64,000 nucleotides of DNA from assembly GCA_963833985.1 (NCBI GenBank), contig CAWIAD010000002.1, positions 1,024,001 to 1,088,000 on the forward strand, read 5' to 3'. The translations under genes were made by a program, and so were the position numbers. Within the stretch, counting starts at the first letter, position 1. Each line of letters begins with the position of its first letter. This document shows positions 1 to 10,010 of the stretch, one piece after another. The notes beneath the pieces were generated by a model, which worked only from the letters and a program-made list of their open reading frames with translations, did no database searches and was not told the origin of the DNA. Source of the DNA: an uncultured Planctomycetaceae bacterium (GTDB lineage: Bacteria; Planctomycetota; Planctomycetia; Isosphaerales; Isosphaeraceae).

Positions 1-144
1 GTCGGTGGATTCCATCACCTTCGAATCCTCCTCCGCACCGTGCTTCGGTCTGTTCGACCGAAGTAGCGGGGAAGTAACTTCATCGCTCGGTCTTGCTCTG
101 CACGTTTGTCAGTTCCGGCCCGTGAACGGGTACATCAACTGGAA

Positions 145-208
145 GTGACACGATTGGAATCGTGTCCGACGAGAAGCTCGGAGAGGTGACACGATCAGAA
201 TCGTGTCC
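145..208. repeat. Two tandem REP-like palindromes GTGACACGATnnnAATCGTGTCC (145-167, 186-208)
   Basis: Each copy forms a GACACGAT/ATCGTGTC hairpin. On the minus strand they begin GTCG and, once the intron is removed, GTGG, like GTRG-class REPs. Confidence 0.7.
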
Positions 209-1004
209 TTGCGTCAGGAAAGCTCTGGAAAGGAGGAAGAGACTCGAACTCGGAAACCTTTCGTTGAAACCCTGAAACCCTGCGGGTACGGATCCCGCCT
301 GGCAAAGCTGGACCAGCAGCCAGAAGCGAGTCTTGCGTGGTGATGGGGCAACCCATCCTGCGAAGCGTGGACAGCCAGGTCAAAGGTCGTGTGATTGAGC
401 CCCGAAAAATTCTTGACCGCGTGGAGCCTTCGTCGTGGACACAGGCGGGGACCGTGTCAGGCAACTGACTCGTGGTCCACTCAGCCTGGCTGATCCTGCT
501 GGGGTCGAAGAGCACGGACAATGACCACCAGGGTTTCCAGGGAACCTTACTTAGAGCCCCCGACGTCTCCATCGACATTCCGGACGAGGAGCCCGGAACC
601 CCAGATCTCTTGGCCTCCGGTGGGCCGCCCACCACCGAGGGGAGCGAACGACGGGAGGAACGACGGTATCGGCTCGTGAAGATATCGAAACGAGCTGAGA
701 ATGACGGCGGCGAGTCGGAGCGTCCATCGTATCGCCGAAGCAGGGGAACCATCCCGAGGGACCCCGTGGAGAGAAGGGGACGCCATGTCATGACACCGTT
801 GGAGAGAACCATGGCGGGTGCATCGAAACCCTTAACCGTGCCAACAAAACAACAACGGATCGCGGAGTCGGGTACGAGATGGGGCGCTGATTCACTCAGG
901 GAGCCGTCCCGTAGCGATTTCATGATATGACGAGCCGTATGCCCGAGAGGGCACGTACGGATCCGTGGGAGCCCCGGGGGAGCAATCCCCTGGGGCCACC
1001 CGGC
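209..1004 (+). mobile_element. Group II intron, ORF-less (intron-encoded protein internally deleted)
   Basis: 5' end TTGCG. Domain V GAGCCGTATGCCC-GAGA-GGGCACGTACGGATC (932-963) has the AGC triad. Domain VI hairpin has a bulged A998. EBS1 GGACAC (437-442) sits in a hairpin loop and is complementary to the flanking exon GTGTCC (203-208). Confidence 0.9.
811..930 (+). pseudogene. Remnant of group II intron reverse transcriptase/maturase (N-terminus fused to C-terminal stub)
   Basis: MAGASKPLTVPTKQQRIAE resembles an IEP N-terminus and has an RBS (GGAG). It stops just before domain V and has no RT domains or YADD. Confidence 0.75.
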
Positions 1005-1219
1005 CACAAAGAGCGGCCTCCCGGGCATCCACGATCGCATCAACCTGCCGAATGCCTGTCAAAGAATGATTGCGAACCTGCTTGGCTGGCGGCCCGATCC
1101 CGGAGGGCAGGGGCCACGGCTGGTGTTTGAACACGGCGGGCGTTAGCTTAGCTCTCTGCGCGGTCCCTTTTCCGCCGGCCGCGCTGGAAACGGAAGTCTT
1201 GCGATTCGAGGAGTATACG

Positions 1220-4200
1220 ATGAGGCAATGCCGTAGCTGGTGGCCATTGGCGCGGATCACGGACGCGTACCTCTGTCTCGGCCTGTGCGTATCCGTGGTG
1301 GCCTCGCCCGCTGCCCGGGCCATCGACACCAGTGACACGCGGCTGCTGGGATCACCAGCGATCACGGTGGGGAAGATCGCCTTTGTGTATGCGGATGATG
1401 TCTGGACCGCCCAGCCCGATGGGAGCGGTGCGCGCCGGCTCACGTCGCATCCAGGACAGGAGAGCAGCCCCTACTTTTCGCCCGACGGCAGGCACGTGGC
1501 GTTCACGGCAAGCTACGATGGCAATGTCGATGTTTACGTCGTGCCATGCGAGGGCGGCGAGCCGAAGCGGCTCACCTGGCATCCCGGCGAGGATATCGTC
1601 CGCGGCTTCACGCCCGACGGCAAGGTCCTTTTCAGCTCGCAGTGCGCGGTGTTCTCGCGCAGGCATGCGCAGTTCTTCACCGTCGGCATCGCGGGCGGCG
1701 TGCCGCAGGCCCTGCCGGTTCCCTCCGGCGACAAGGGCGCGATCTCGCCGGACGGCAGCTCCCTGGCCTACACGCCCCTGGGCGAGCGCTTTCACCAGTG
1801 GAAGAACTATCGCGGAGGCACGGCCTCGCGGATCTGGGTGCTCAAGCTGGCTGACCTGTCGCACGAGGAGATTCCCAAGCCTTCCGGCGGATGCAACGAT
1901 ACGCAACCCATGTGGATTGGCCAGACCGTTTACTTCCTCTCCGATCGCGATGGTGAGTTCAACCTCTACGCATACGACCTCAAGACCCGGAACGTGGTAC
2001 GCAAGACCAGGCACGAAGCATTCCCGGTCGAAAGCGCCTCGGCGGGCGCAGGGCGGATCATTTACGAGCAGGCCGGATACCTGCACGTCTTCGATCCCGG
2101 CGTGAACGAGTCCAGCCGACTGAAAGTGGCCGTGGCGGCCGACCTGGCGGAGACGCGCCCGCGCTACGTGAGCAATCCCAAGACGATTCGCTCGGCCGAT
2201 CTCTCACCTACCGGCAAGCGTGCGGTGTTCGAATACCGCGGCGAGATCGTCACGGTTCCCGCGAAGAAAGGAGACCCGCGCAACCTGACCGAAACCGCCG
2301 GCGCGCACGAGCGTTCGCCGGTCTGGTCGCCTGACGGCAAGGCGATCGCCTGCTTCTCCGATGCCTCGGGCGAATACGCGCTCCAGATCCTTCCCCAGAA
2401 TGGACGGGCGCAGGGGCAAATCCATCGCCTCAAGGGCGCTGGTTTCTTCGAACGCCCGGTCTGGTCTCCGGATAGCAAGAAGCTGGCCTTCAGCGACAAC
2501 TCCCGTACCCTCTACTGGACCGACCTGGGTTCGGAAACCGTCCAGCGCGTTGCCGCCGAGCCGGTTTACAGTCCCATCAATACACTGCAAGCGGTCTGGT
2601 CGCCCGACTCGCGCTGGCTCGCGTACACCAAGACCACCAGGGCGGGCATCCAGACGATCCAGCTCCACTCGCTCGAGCAGGACCGCTCGTTCCAGGTGAC
2701 CGATGGACTGGCCGAGGCGGCAGAGCCGGTCTTCGACAAGAGCGGCAAGTACCTCTTCTTCCTGGCATCCACGAATGCCGGGCCCGTCAAGAACTGGTTC
2801 GATCAGTCGTTCACGGATATGCCGCTATCCATGTCCATCTACGTGCTCACACTCCAGAAAGCGACACCAAACCCGCTTCTGAAGGAAAGCGATGAGGAGG
2901 GCGCGGAGGCAGCGGACAAGACGAAGGAAGAGTCCAGGCCCGAGACCAGACCGGATTCCGACTCGACGAAGAAAACCGACTCCAAGGAGGCCGAGAAGAA
3001 AGACCCAGGCGCATCCAGAGATCAGGCCTCGGGGAGCGAGAAGCCGGCCGGCGGCAAGGAAGTCGCGAAGGGCAAGAACGTTGAACCAGTCAAGATCGAC
3101 CTTGCGGACATCGCTGACCGCATCATCGCCCTGCCGGTGCCGGAAGGGATGATCAGCAATCTCAACGCGGGGGAAGGCGGCGAGCTTTACTATCTGCGGC
3201 GTCTGACTGCACGACCCGGGCGCGGTGAGGAAGGGATGGGCAAGCCGTCGCTGCGCCGCTTTACCCTGAAGACACTAGAGGAAGAGACGCTGGCCGAGGA
3301 GATCGATGAGTTCCACCTCTCCGCCGATCACAAGAAAATCCTCTACCGTTCCGGCGAAGGATGGGGCATCGTCGATGCCGGCAAGTTCCACAAGGGGGAC
3401 GGAACCCTGGCATCCCTGGGCGCGATCTCTATCCGCATCGACCCCCGGGCCGAATGGGCCCAGATGTTCCACGAAGCCTGGCGCATCAATCGCGATTACT
3501 TCTACGCCCCCAACATGCACGGCGCCGACTGGGACGCCGTGCGCCGGAAGTATGACGCGCTGCTGCCGCACCTGGCAAGCCGCGGCGACCTTGACCGCGT
3601 GATCCGCGGAATGCTCAGTGAGCTTGCCGTGGGCCATAGTTTTCTGGGCGGGGGCGAGCGGCTCTACGAGCCCAGGACCGTACCTGTGGGCTTGCTCGGG
3701 GCCGACTACGAGGTGGCCGACGGGCACTTCCGGTTCAAAACCGTCTACGGTGGAGCCTACTGGGACCCGAGCCTGCACGCGCCCTTGCTGGCGCCAGGAG
3801 TCAATGTCCAGCAGGGCGACTTCCTGCTCGCCGTGAACGGCAAGCCGGTCAGCACCGGCACCGAGGTCTACAGCGCCTTCGAGGGGACCGTCGGCAAGCG
3901 TACCGAGCTCAAGGTCGGGCCCCGGGCCGACGGCACGCAGGCGCGCAGCGTCGTGGTCGAGCCGATTGCCGACGAAGGTGCACTACGAAACCGGGCCTGG
4001 GTGGAGAAGAACCTGCGCACCGTGCACGAGCGGACGAAAGGGCAGGTCGCCTATGTTTACGTGCCGAACACGGCGGACTCCGGCTATGACTACTTCAAGC
4101 GCTATTTCTTTCCCCAGGCCGACAAGGCGGCAATCATCGTTGACGAGCGGTTCAACGGGGGCGGCCAGGTCGCCGATTACTACATCGAGTTGCTGCGCCG

Positions 4201-4681
4201 GCCACTGGTCAGCTACTGGGCCACACGCCACGGCGCGCCCATCCGCACGCCGAACGCGGCCATCCTCGGGCCCAAGGTCATGATCATCGACGAGACAGCC
4301 GGCTCCGGAGGCGATCTCTTGCCCTGGATGTTCCGGAAGTTTCGTCTCGGGCCCCTGGTCGGCAAGCGAACCTGGGGCGGCCTGGTCGGCATCCTGGGGT
4401 TCCCCGTGCTCATGGACGGGGGCCAGGTGACCGCACCCGACCTGGCCATCTTTACCGACGAAGGCTGGGTGGTTGAGAACGTCGGCGTGGCGCCCGATAT
4501 CGAGGTCGAGCAGGACCCTGCCGCCGTTGCCGCCGGCAAGGACCCTCAGCTTGATCGTGCCATCGAGACCGTCCTCGAGGCGCTGGCCAAGAACCCGCCC
4601 CCCCCAGCCCCTGAGCGGCCACCCTTCCCCATGCGCGTCCGCCCCGGTTCGGACATCCGTGCACGAGGGAATGGTCCCTGA
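1220..4681 (+). CDS. Tricorn protease homolog (S41 family, PD40 beta-propellers, PDZ)
   Basis: Signal peptide, repeated xSPDG propeller motifs, DERFNGGG, catalytic GSGGD, GKRTWGG; RBS GAGGAG before ATG 1220. Confidence 0.93.
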   Translation: MRQCRSWWPLARITDAYLCLGLCVSVVASPAARAIDTSDTRLLGSPAITVGKIAFVYADDVWTAQPDGSGARRLTSHPGQESSPYFSPDGRHVAFTASYDGNVDVYVVPCEGGEPKRLTWHPGEDIVRGFTPDGKVLFSSQCAVFSRRHAQFFTVGIAGGVPQALPVPSGDKGAISPDGSSLAYTPLGERFHQWKNYRGGTASRIWVLKLADLSHEEIPKPSGGCNDTQPMWIGQTVYFLSDRDGEFNLYAYDLKTRNVVRKTRHEAFPVESASAGAGRIIYEQAGYLHVFDPGVNESSRLKVAVAADLAETRPRYVSNPKTIRSADLSPTGKRAVFEYRGEIVTVPAKKGDPRNLTETAGAHERSPVWSPDGKAIACFSDASGEYALQILPQNGRAQGQIHRLKGAGFFERPVWSPDSKKLAFSDNSRTLYWTDLGSETVQRVAAEPVYSPINTLQAVWSPDSRWLAYTKTTRAGIQTIQLHSLEQDRSFQVTDGLAEAAEPVFDKSGKYLFFLASTNAGPVKNWFDQSFTDMPLSMSIYVLTLQKATPNPLLKESDEEGAEAADKTKEESRPETRPDSDSTKKTDSKEAEKKDPGASRDQASGSEKPAGGKEVAKGKNVEPVKIDLADIADRIIALPVPEGMISNLNAGEGGELYYLRRLTARPGRGEEGMGKPSLRRFTLKTLEEETLAEEIDEFHLSADHKKILYRSGEGWGIVDAGKFHKGDGTLASLGAISIRIDPRAEWAQMFHEAWRINRDYFYAPNMHGADWDAVRRKYDALLPHLASRGDLDRVIRGMLSELAVGHSFLGGGERLYEPRTVPVGLLGADYEVADGHFRFKTVYGGAYWDPSLHAPLLAPGVNVQQGDFLLAVNGKPVSTGTEVYSAFEGTVGKRTELKVGPRADGTQARSVVVEPIADEGALRNRAWVEKNLRTVHERTKGQVAYVYVPNTADSGYDYFKRYFFPQADKAAIIVDERFNGGGQVADYYIELLRRPLVSYWATRHGAPIRTPNAAILGPKVMIIDETAGSGGDLLPWMFRKFRLGPLVGKRTWGGLVGILGFPVLMDGGQVTAPDLAIFTDEGWVVENVGVAPDIEVEQDPAAVAAGKDPQLDRAIETVLEALAKNPPPPAPERPPFPMRVRPGSDIRARGNGP

Positions 4682-4727
4682 TGAACAGGGTAGAAAATGG
4701 CCATACTCCACATGCATGGCGGAATTG

Positions 4728-4790
4728 GCCACAGATGAACACGATTCACAAGCAATGTGGCTCATTGCCCGAGTTTTGTTCATCCGTGGC
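4728..4790. terminator. Inverted repeat between convergent genes (REP-like/bidirectional terminator)
   Basis: GCCACAGATGAACA (4728-4741) pairs with TGTTCATCCGTGGC (4777-4790), 1 mismatch. Confidence 0.5.
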
Positions 4791-4831
4791 TCATTCGCCG
4801 GATGTGTGGCTCACGGAACGTTCCATGGGGA

Positions 4832-7800
4832 TCAGCGTTTTCCGTGGCTGGTGTGGAACAGCGCTGGCCTGATCGCGGGCGTGTGCACGGCGGCAGGCCT
4901 GGATACGACCTTGATGACCTTCTGCAAGTGCGCTGGCTTCGCTACCGTGGCGCGCACCGGCGTTGCCGCAACCAGGGGATAGGGCTTGAGCTTGCCGTGT
5001 ACTGGGAAAACCTTGATGGGCCTGGTGGCAAGGGTAGGCACCCAGTAGGTCGCCAGCGGCGCGTGCGGGAAGGGGGCTTTACCCCAGGGAACCTGGCCGG
5101 CCACGATGCTCGACACCAGGCTCGGGTAATGCTTGGCGAATGCGGTCGGATCAGTCTGGTACGCGCGCTCGAAGTGATAGAAGACGTTGCCAACGTGGAG
5201 TGCCAGGTCATGCAGCCGGCAGGTCGGCTTCTGGTACTCACCGAAGAGGTAATTCGTCCCGGTGGCACAGCCCGCGACTGCGATATCAACGATTGCTTCC
5301 TTGGTGGCGGTTCCGCCCAGGCTGCCGGCCGTGTTCGTGGAGGCAATGAAGATGGAGGGTTGCGTGCGGATGACCTCGTAGGTGCCCGGACGGAGGCCGG
5401 TAAAGGAATAGACTCCCTCGCTGCTGGTCGTCGTGGTCATCTGGACCGACTGCCCGAGGTCGTTGGTGCCGTCGAGCGAGACCGTCACGTGGGCGATTCC
5501 AATATCGGAGGAATCCATCACCCCGTTCTGGTTGAGGTCGTAATAGACGACTCCGGATATCGAGCTCGGCTTCAGATCGGCGAAGTTGTAACCCGAGGCC
5601 GTCACGCCCGCGGCCAGCGTGATACCGGAAATCACATTGCCGGAAGCTGTGCCACCCGAGTTGCCAGGGATTGTCTTACCCTGAAAATAACCGGCCGGCA
5701 CACTCTCGATGACCGTGTACGTGCCAGCCGCGAGCAGGCTGAAACTGTACGTGCCGTCACTGCCCGTGGTCGTCACCACGTGCACGGGGTTGCCGAGTGT
5801 GTCCATTCCGGCCAGGGTGACCGTCGCACCGGCGATGGGCGTCTCGGTGGCTTGCTGAAGCCCGTCGTTGTTGCAATCACAGAACACCGTGCCACCGATG
5901 GAGCTCACCGATGGACCCGGCGATGGGTTCAGCAGCTCCCCGAAGTTGTAGCTGACCCCGCTGTTGTCGGAGGCAAGGACAATGTGGCTGATGACGTCGA
6001 CGCCCGGGCCGAGCTGACCGACGGCGGTGCCGCCCACCGTGCCGACCGCGTTCGTCCCTTGCAGGTAACCGGCAGGCTGCGTCTCGGTCACGGAGTAGGT
6101 GCCGGGCCGCAGGTCGCCGAAGGAGTAAGCCCCGGTGCTGTCCGTGGTGGTGGTGAGCGGGGAGATGACTCCCTCGTCGTTGCTGCCGGTCAATGTGACG
6201 GTCGTGCCGGGAATCGGCGGCTCACCGCTATCCTTCAATCCGTTGTTGTTGAGATCCACGTAGACGAAGCCGGCGATACTTGCAGGCAAGAGCTCGTCGA
6301 AATTGTAGTTGATACCGCTGCTGCCTGACACCAGCGAGACGTTGCTCAGCACGTCGACGCCCGGGCCGAGCTGACCGACGGCGGTGCCGCCCACCGTGCC
6401 GACCGCGTTCGTCCCTTGCAGGTAACCGGCAGGCTGTGTCTCGGTCACGGTGTACGTGCCGGGCCGCAGGTCTCCGAAGGAGTAGGCTCCGGTGCTGTCG
6501 GTGGTGGTGGTGAGCGGCGCGATTGCGCCCTGGTCGTTCGTACCCGTCAACGTCACCGTCGTTCCAGGGATCGGCGATTTCCCGCTGGACTTCACGCCAT
6601 TGTTGTTCGCGTCGACGTAGACGAAACCGGCGATGCTTGCCGGCAAGAGCTCGCCGAAATTGTAGTTGATGCCGCTGTTTCCAGAGACCAGGGAGACGTT
6701 GCTGAGCACGTCGACGCCCGGGCCGAGCTGACCGACGGCGGTGCCGCCCACCGTGCCGACTGCGTTCGTCCCTTGCAGGTAACCGGCAGGCTGCGTCTCG
6801 GTGACGGAGTAAGTGCCGGGCCGCAGGTCGCCGAAGGAGTAGGCCCCGGTGCTGTCGGTGGTGGTGGTGAGCGGAGAGATCGCGCCCTGGTCGTTCGTAC
6901 CCGTCAAGGTCACCGTCGTTCCGGGGATCGGGGCCTCACCGCTGTCCTTCACGCCATTGTTGTTCGCGTCCACGTAGACGTAGCCGCTGATCTGTGCGGC
7001 CGCCAGATTGGTGAAGTTCAGGCTCTCGGGAACAATCAGCCCCTGAGTCCCGCCGGGAACATTCGTGGATGGCAACCCGTTAAGGTACACGGCCATCTCG
7101 TTCTGGCCCTGTGCCTCGGACAGGAAGTTTGCCGCGTACTGGACCTCAGCGGAGCCGGCGCTCAGCCCCTGAACCGAGAAGCTCCCATTCAGAACGTTGT
7201 AGGTGCCCGAGGTCTCGTACTCGAGCTCCCAGATGGCAAGCTGAAGCCCAGCCTGGAGCGCTGGGGCGTTCGGGCCGGGGTTCGCGCTCAGGACACTCCC
7301 GTAGTGGTTGTACAGGTAGGCGATTTCGCCGGCGTTCTGCGGGTTCTTGACCAGGGGATCGTTTGCCAGCCCCGCACTGAGCGGCTCCATCGCATACGGC
7401 AGGTTGGTATTGCCGGTGAAGATGTCGCGGTAAAAGTCGACACAGAACGAGGGGAAAAGCGGGGAAGTGTAGTTGATTCCCGCCTCGCTGACGGTGACGT
7501 TGAGCTGGCCCACCAGCCCGGTCTGCGTGGTCCCATTTGCCGTGAGCGTGAGCTGTTCCTTGATGTGCGAGGGGTAGGAGAGCTGCAACGCGGACGCGTC
7601 GCCAATCTGCACATTGATCGTGCTGGCGGTCTGACCGAGGATCGGCGTGAGCGGCGAGTTGGGCTGGCTGGCGTAGTTCACGTAGCCGGCTGGGGGCGTT
7701 TCCGTGATCTGGTAGCTGCCGGCGGGGAGGTTCTGGAACAGGTACGCGCCGCTGGTGCCCGTGGTCACCGTCTGGTCCGGGATCGAGGGAGTATCCAGCT

Positions 7801-7987
7801 TGTGGAGCACGACGGTGGCGCCTGCCAGATCCTGCCCGGAGCCGGTCACCGTGACGACTCCCTGGAGGAAATCGGTCGCGGCGAGCAGGATGCGCTGCTC
7901 GCAGAGTTCCAATCTCGGTGCCTCGCTCCGTCTTCGCAAACGCGCTTCGCGGCTGCCCCGCCGCGGGTTGAGATCCGCAGTCATCAT
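4832..7987 (-). CDS. Large extracellular adhesin-like protein: SdrD-B/Cna-B repeats plus thioester-domain-like region
   Basis: N-terminal planctomycete motif LELCEQRILLA; multiple ISGYVYVDANNNG...TTTDSTGAYSFGDLRPGTY repeats; FCVD/LQLAIW/TQGLI motifs. Start placed at the ATG after AAGGA. Confidence 0.85.
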   Translation of the reverse strand: MMTADLNPRRGSREARLRRRSEAPRLELCEQRILLAATDFLQGVVTVTGSGQDLAGATVVLHKLDTPSIPDQTVTTGTSGAYLFQNLPAGSYQITETPPAGYVNYASQPNSPLTPILGQTASTINVQIGDASALQLSYPSHIKEQLTLTANGTTQTGLVGQLNVTVSEAGINYTSPLFPSFCVDFYRDIFTGNTNLPYAMEPLSAGLANDPLVKNPQNAGEIAYLYNHYGSVLSANPGPNAPALQAGLQLAIWELEYETSGTYNVLNGSFSVQGLSAGSAEVQYAANFLSEAQGQNEMAVYLNGLPSTNVPGGTQGLIVPESLNFTNLAAAQISGYVYVDANNNGVKDSGEAPIPGTTVTLTGTNDQGAISPLTTTTDSTGAYSFGDLRPGTYSVTETQPAGYLQGTNAVGTVGGTAVGQLGPGVDVLSNVSLVSGNSGINYNFGELLPASIAGFVYVDANNNGVKSSGKSPIPGTTVTLTGTNDQGAIAPLTTTTDSTGAYSFGDLRPGTYTVTETQPAGYLQGTNAVGTVGGTAVGQLGPGVDVLSNVSLVSGSSGINYNFDELLPASIAGFVYVDLNNNGLKDSGEPPIPGTTVTLTGSNDEGVISPLTTTTDSTGAYSFGDLRPGTYSVTETQPAGYLQGTNAVGTVGGTAVGQLGPGVDVISHIVLASDNSGVSYNFGELLNPSPGPSVSSIGGTVFCDCNNDGLQQATETPIAGATVTLAGMDTLGNPVHVVTTTGSDGTYSFSLLAAGTYTVIESVPAGYFQGKTIPGNSGGTASGNVISGITLAAGVTASGYNFADLKPSSISGVVYYDLNQNGVMDSSDIGIAHVTVSLDGTNDLGQSVQMTTTTSSEGVYSFTGLRPGTYEVIRTQPSIFIASTNTAGSLGGTATKEAIVDIAVAGCATGTNYLFGEYQKPTCRLHDLALHVGNVFYHFERAYQTDPTAFAKHYPSLVSSIVAGQVPWGKAPFPHAPLATYWVPTLATRPIKVFPVHGKLKPYPLVAATPVRATVAKPAHLQKVIKVVSRPAAVHTPAIRPALFHTSHGKR
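5930..7000 (-). repeat. Three near-identical 357-bp (119-aa) SdrD-B domain tandem repeats
   Basis: Anchor gcaggtaaccggcaggctg occurs at 6061, 6418 and 6775 (period 357). Confidence 0.9.
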
Positions 7988-8145
7988 CAAACGTGTCCTT
8001 TGCCGGCTCGGTGGCCGGTTCATCGCGAGGAGACTCAACGTGGCCAGAGGACGTATCGGAAAGTCCGGCCGCCAGGACCGGGGATCAAGTCGTAAGCTCA
8101 GGGGAAGATGTCGGGCCTTTAAAAAAGGTGCGTGTTCCTCGACGG

Positions 8146-9806
8146 TCAGGTCCAGAGCGACCAGCCTCCGGTGATCAGGACGTATCCGGCGATCAGAGCA
8201 TTGGTTGTTGCATGCGCCAGCACGGCATGGCTGAGCTGCCCGCTGCGGCGCAGGGTCAGGGCGTAAAGCAATCCCGCGATCGTTCCAGCCAGCCAGCGTT
8301 CCTGATGCATGGCGCCAAAGAGCAGCGAGGAAATCAGCACCGACAGCAAGGAAAGCCCGGTGGCCGGCACGCGCTCGAAATCGGCGTTCATCAGGCGCCG
8401 CGCCAGGTAGCCGCGGAACGCCAGTTCTTCCGCCAGCGGCACCGTGACCACGGAACCGAACACCCGAGCCGCCAGCCAGCCAGCCGCGGCTGGCACGGAC
8501 ATCCCCGCGAGCGCCTGGCCGAGGGCTTGCCCGGGATCACCTGCCTGGCCTTGGTGAACGGGCTCCAGCGCCATCCAGATGAGGAACGTTGCGGCACCGG
8601 CGGCGACGGCGAACCAGGACCACGCCCCGCTCCAGCAGGCATAGGCGCGGCGAAACACCAGCAATGCGCCCAGGGCCACGACAATCCGCACGGGGTAGTA
8701 CGCATCGAACGGGCCGGCGGAAAATGCCCCGGCGGCCATCGTGACGGCCGTGATGGCCAGTAAAGGGCTCAGGTATGCCGCCGTGGGGTTGGCGATGACC
8801 AGCGGGTAGTCTTCCTCGGGCCGCTCGAGCTTCGAGAACAGGCCCATGCCGCGCGAGGCTGCCACCAGCCCGAGTGCCACCAGGTTGAAGGCCAGCCATC
8901 CGGCCTGGGAGTGGAACCCCCCCAGCGCGACCTCAGGCTGACCCCAGGCCCCCAGCAAGACCAGGCCGGTGATCCTGAGCACATTGAACACCCAGATGAC
9001 CGCCGTCCCTACCGGGATGAGCCAGAGCGCCTGGGGGAACCGGAGGCTGCGCCTGTAGAGCACCAGGTAGCCAGCCAGGAACGCCCAGATCAGGCCGATT
9101 CCCTCGAAGCCGGAGCACTCCGGCGCGATCGTCACCGTGAAACCGCGCATGCCCAGTTCATGGGTACCGGGATTGCAAAGCACGCCGCGGTCGAAAAGAC
9201 TCAGGAGCCGACCGGCGGCGAGAAACGTGCCGTCATGGAACGTGTCCCAGAGACGCCCTGTCGAACCTCCGATCCGGAGGGCCGCGACGCCGACACCGAT
9301 GCCGAAAAGCAGCACCGTCCAGACGCGCCGTAGCAGACCAATCCAGAAAATCGCCGGCCTCAACGCCAGCGCCCAGGTTGCGCCCGTGGCCGCGCCGGTT
9401 CCGATCCAGAGCAGGACCGGCAGGCTCTGCGGCGATGGCCTTCCGAGGCCGCCGATCAGCCAGCCGGTCGCGCCGAAGAAGAGCCCGTAGGCTGCCAGGT
9501 GTGCCCCGACCCATGGTGTTCGCAGCGCCTGAGGAGAACCCTGCTGGAAAAGGCTGGCCAGGTCCTGGCGATACCGTGACGAGCTGAGCAAGACCATACT
9601 CGCCGTGGCCGCGACGCACATGGCCAGCCGGAGCAATGCCGAGGAGTGGCCGATGAGCCGCACCAGCGGGTTGGGATGGCCTGCGACCGCCGGGATGTTC
9701 GTATCGAACGAGAGCGAAAGGGCGATGCCTCCCCCACCAGGATCGCCAGCCAGAACAATCCCCAGGCCATGCGTCCGGGGTATCGACCTCGAACCGGCGA
9801 TGCCAT
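8146..9806 (-). CDS. xrtE: Exosortase E / CAAX-protease fusion (VPEID-CTERM system); apparent frameshift near 9730
   Basis: Multi-TM. Exosortase residues APECSG, NVLRI, FHSQAGW; CPBP motifs AEELAFRGY, FGAMH, HATTN. The N-terminus MASPVR...AILVGE is in another frame. Confidence 0.85.
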
Positions 9807-9979
9807 TTTCAGAACGCAAGGTGACTCGGCGCACGACACGATGAGGTGACCCAGTAAGCAAGCTTGAAAGAGGGAACGAAGGGTCGCGGCCTGATCCACA
9901 CGAAGCAACAGCGCGCACTGTGAGCCTGGTGGTTCCGCGACCCGGATTCGACCGGCACGATGAACCGTCTGGAAGACAA

Positions 9980-10006
9980 CCAGGGGGCGAAAGCGAGTCG
10001 CCCTGG
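9980..10006 (-). terminator. Hairpin right after the VPEID peptide gene (attenuator/stabiliser)
   Basis: Minus strand CCAGGGCGA-CTCGCTT-TCGCCCCCTGG followed by TTGTCTT. Confidence 0.4.
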
Positions 10007-10010
10007 CGGC

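Noticed and set aside
1..120. Possible start of a minus-strand gene (GGAGGA...ATG at 15) running off the window
   Set aside because: Only five codons are visible, so it cannot be supported.
145..208. Possible mini-CRISPR array
   Set aside because: Only two repeats with an 18-nt spacer and no cas genes; better explained as REP-like hairpins.
195..1043. 282-aa minus-strand and 152-aa plus-strand ORFs
   Set aside because: Chance reading frames across the group II intron RNA; only 811-930 resembles protein.
4757..8095. Long plus-strand ORFs (523 aa and 559 aa)
   Set aside because: Antisense shadows of the adhesin gene, typical of high-GC codon bias.
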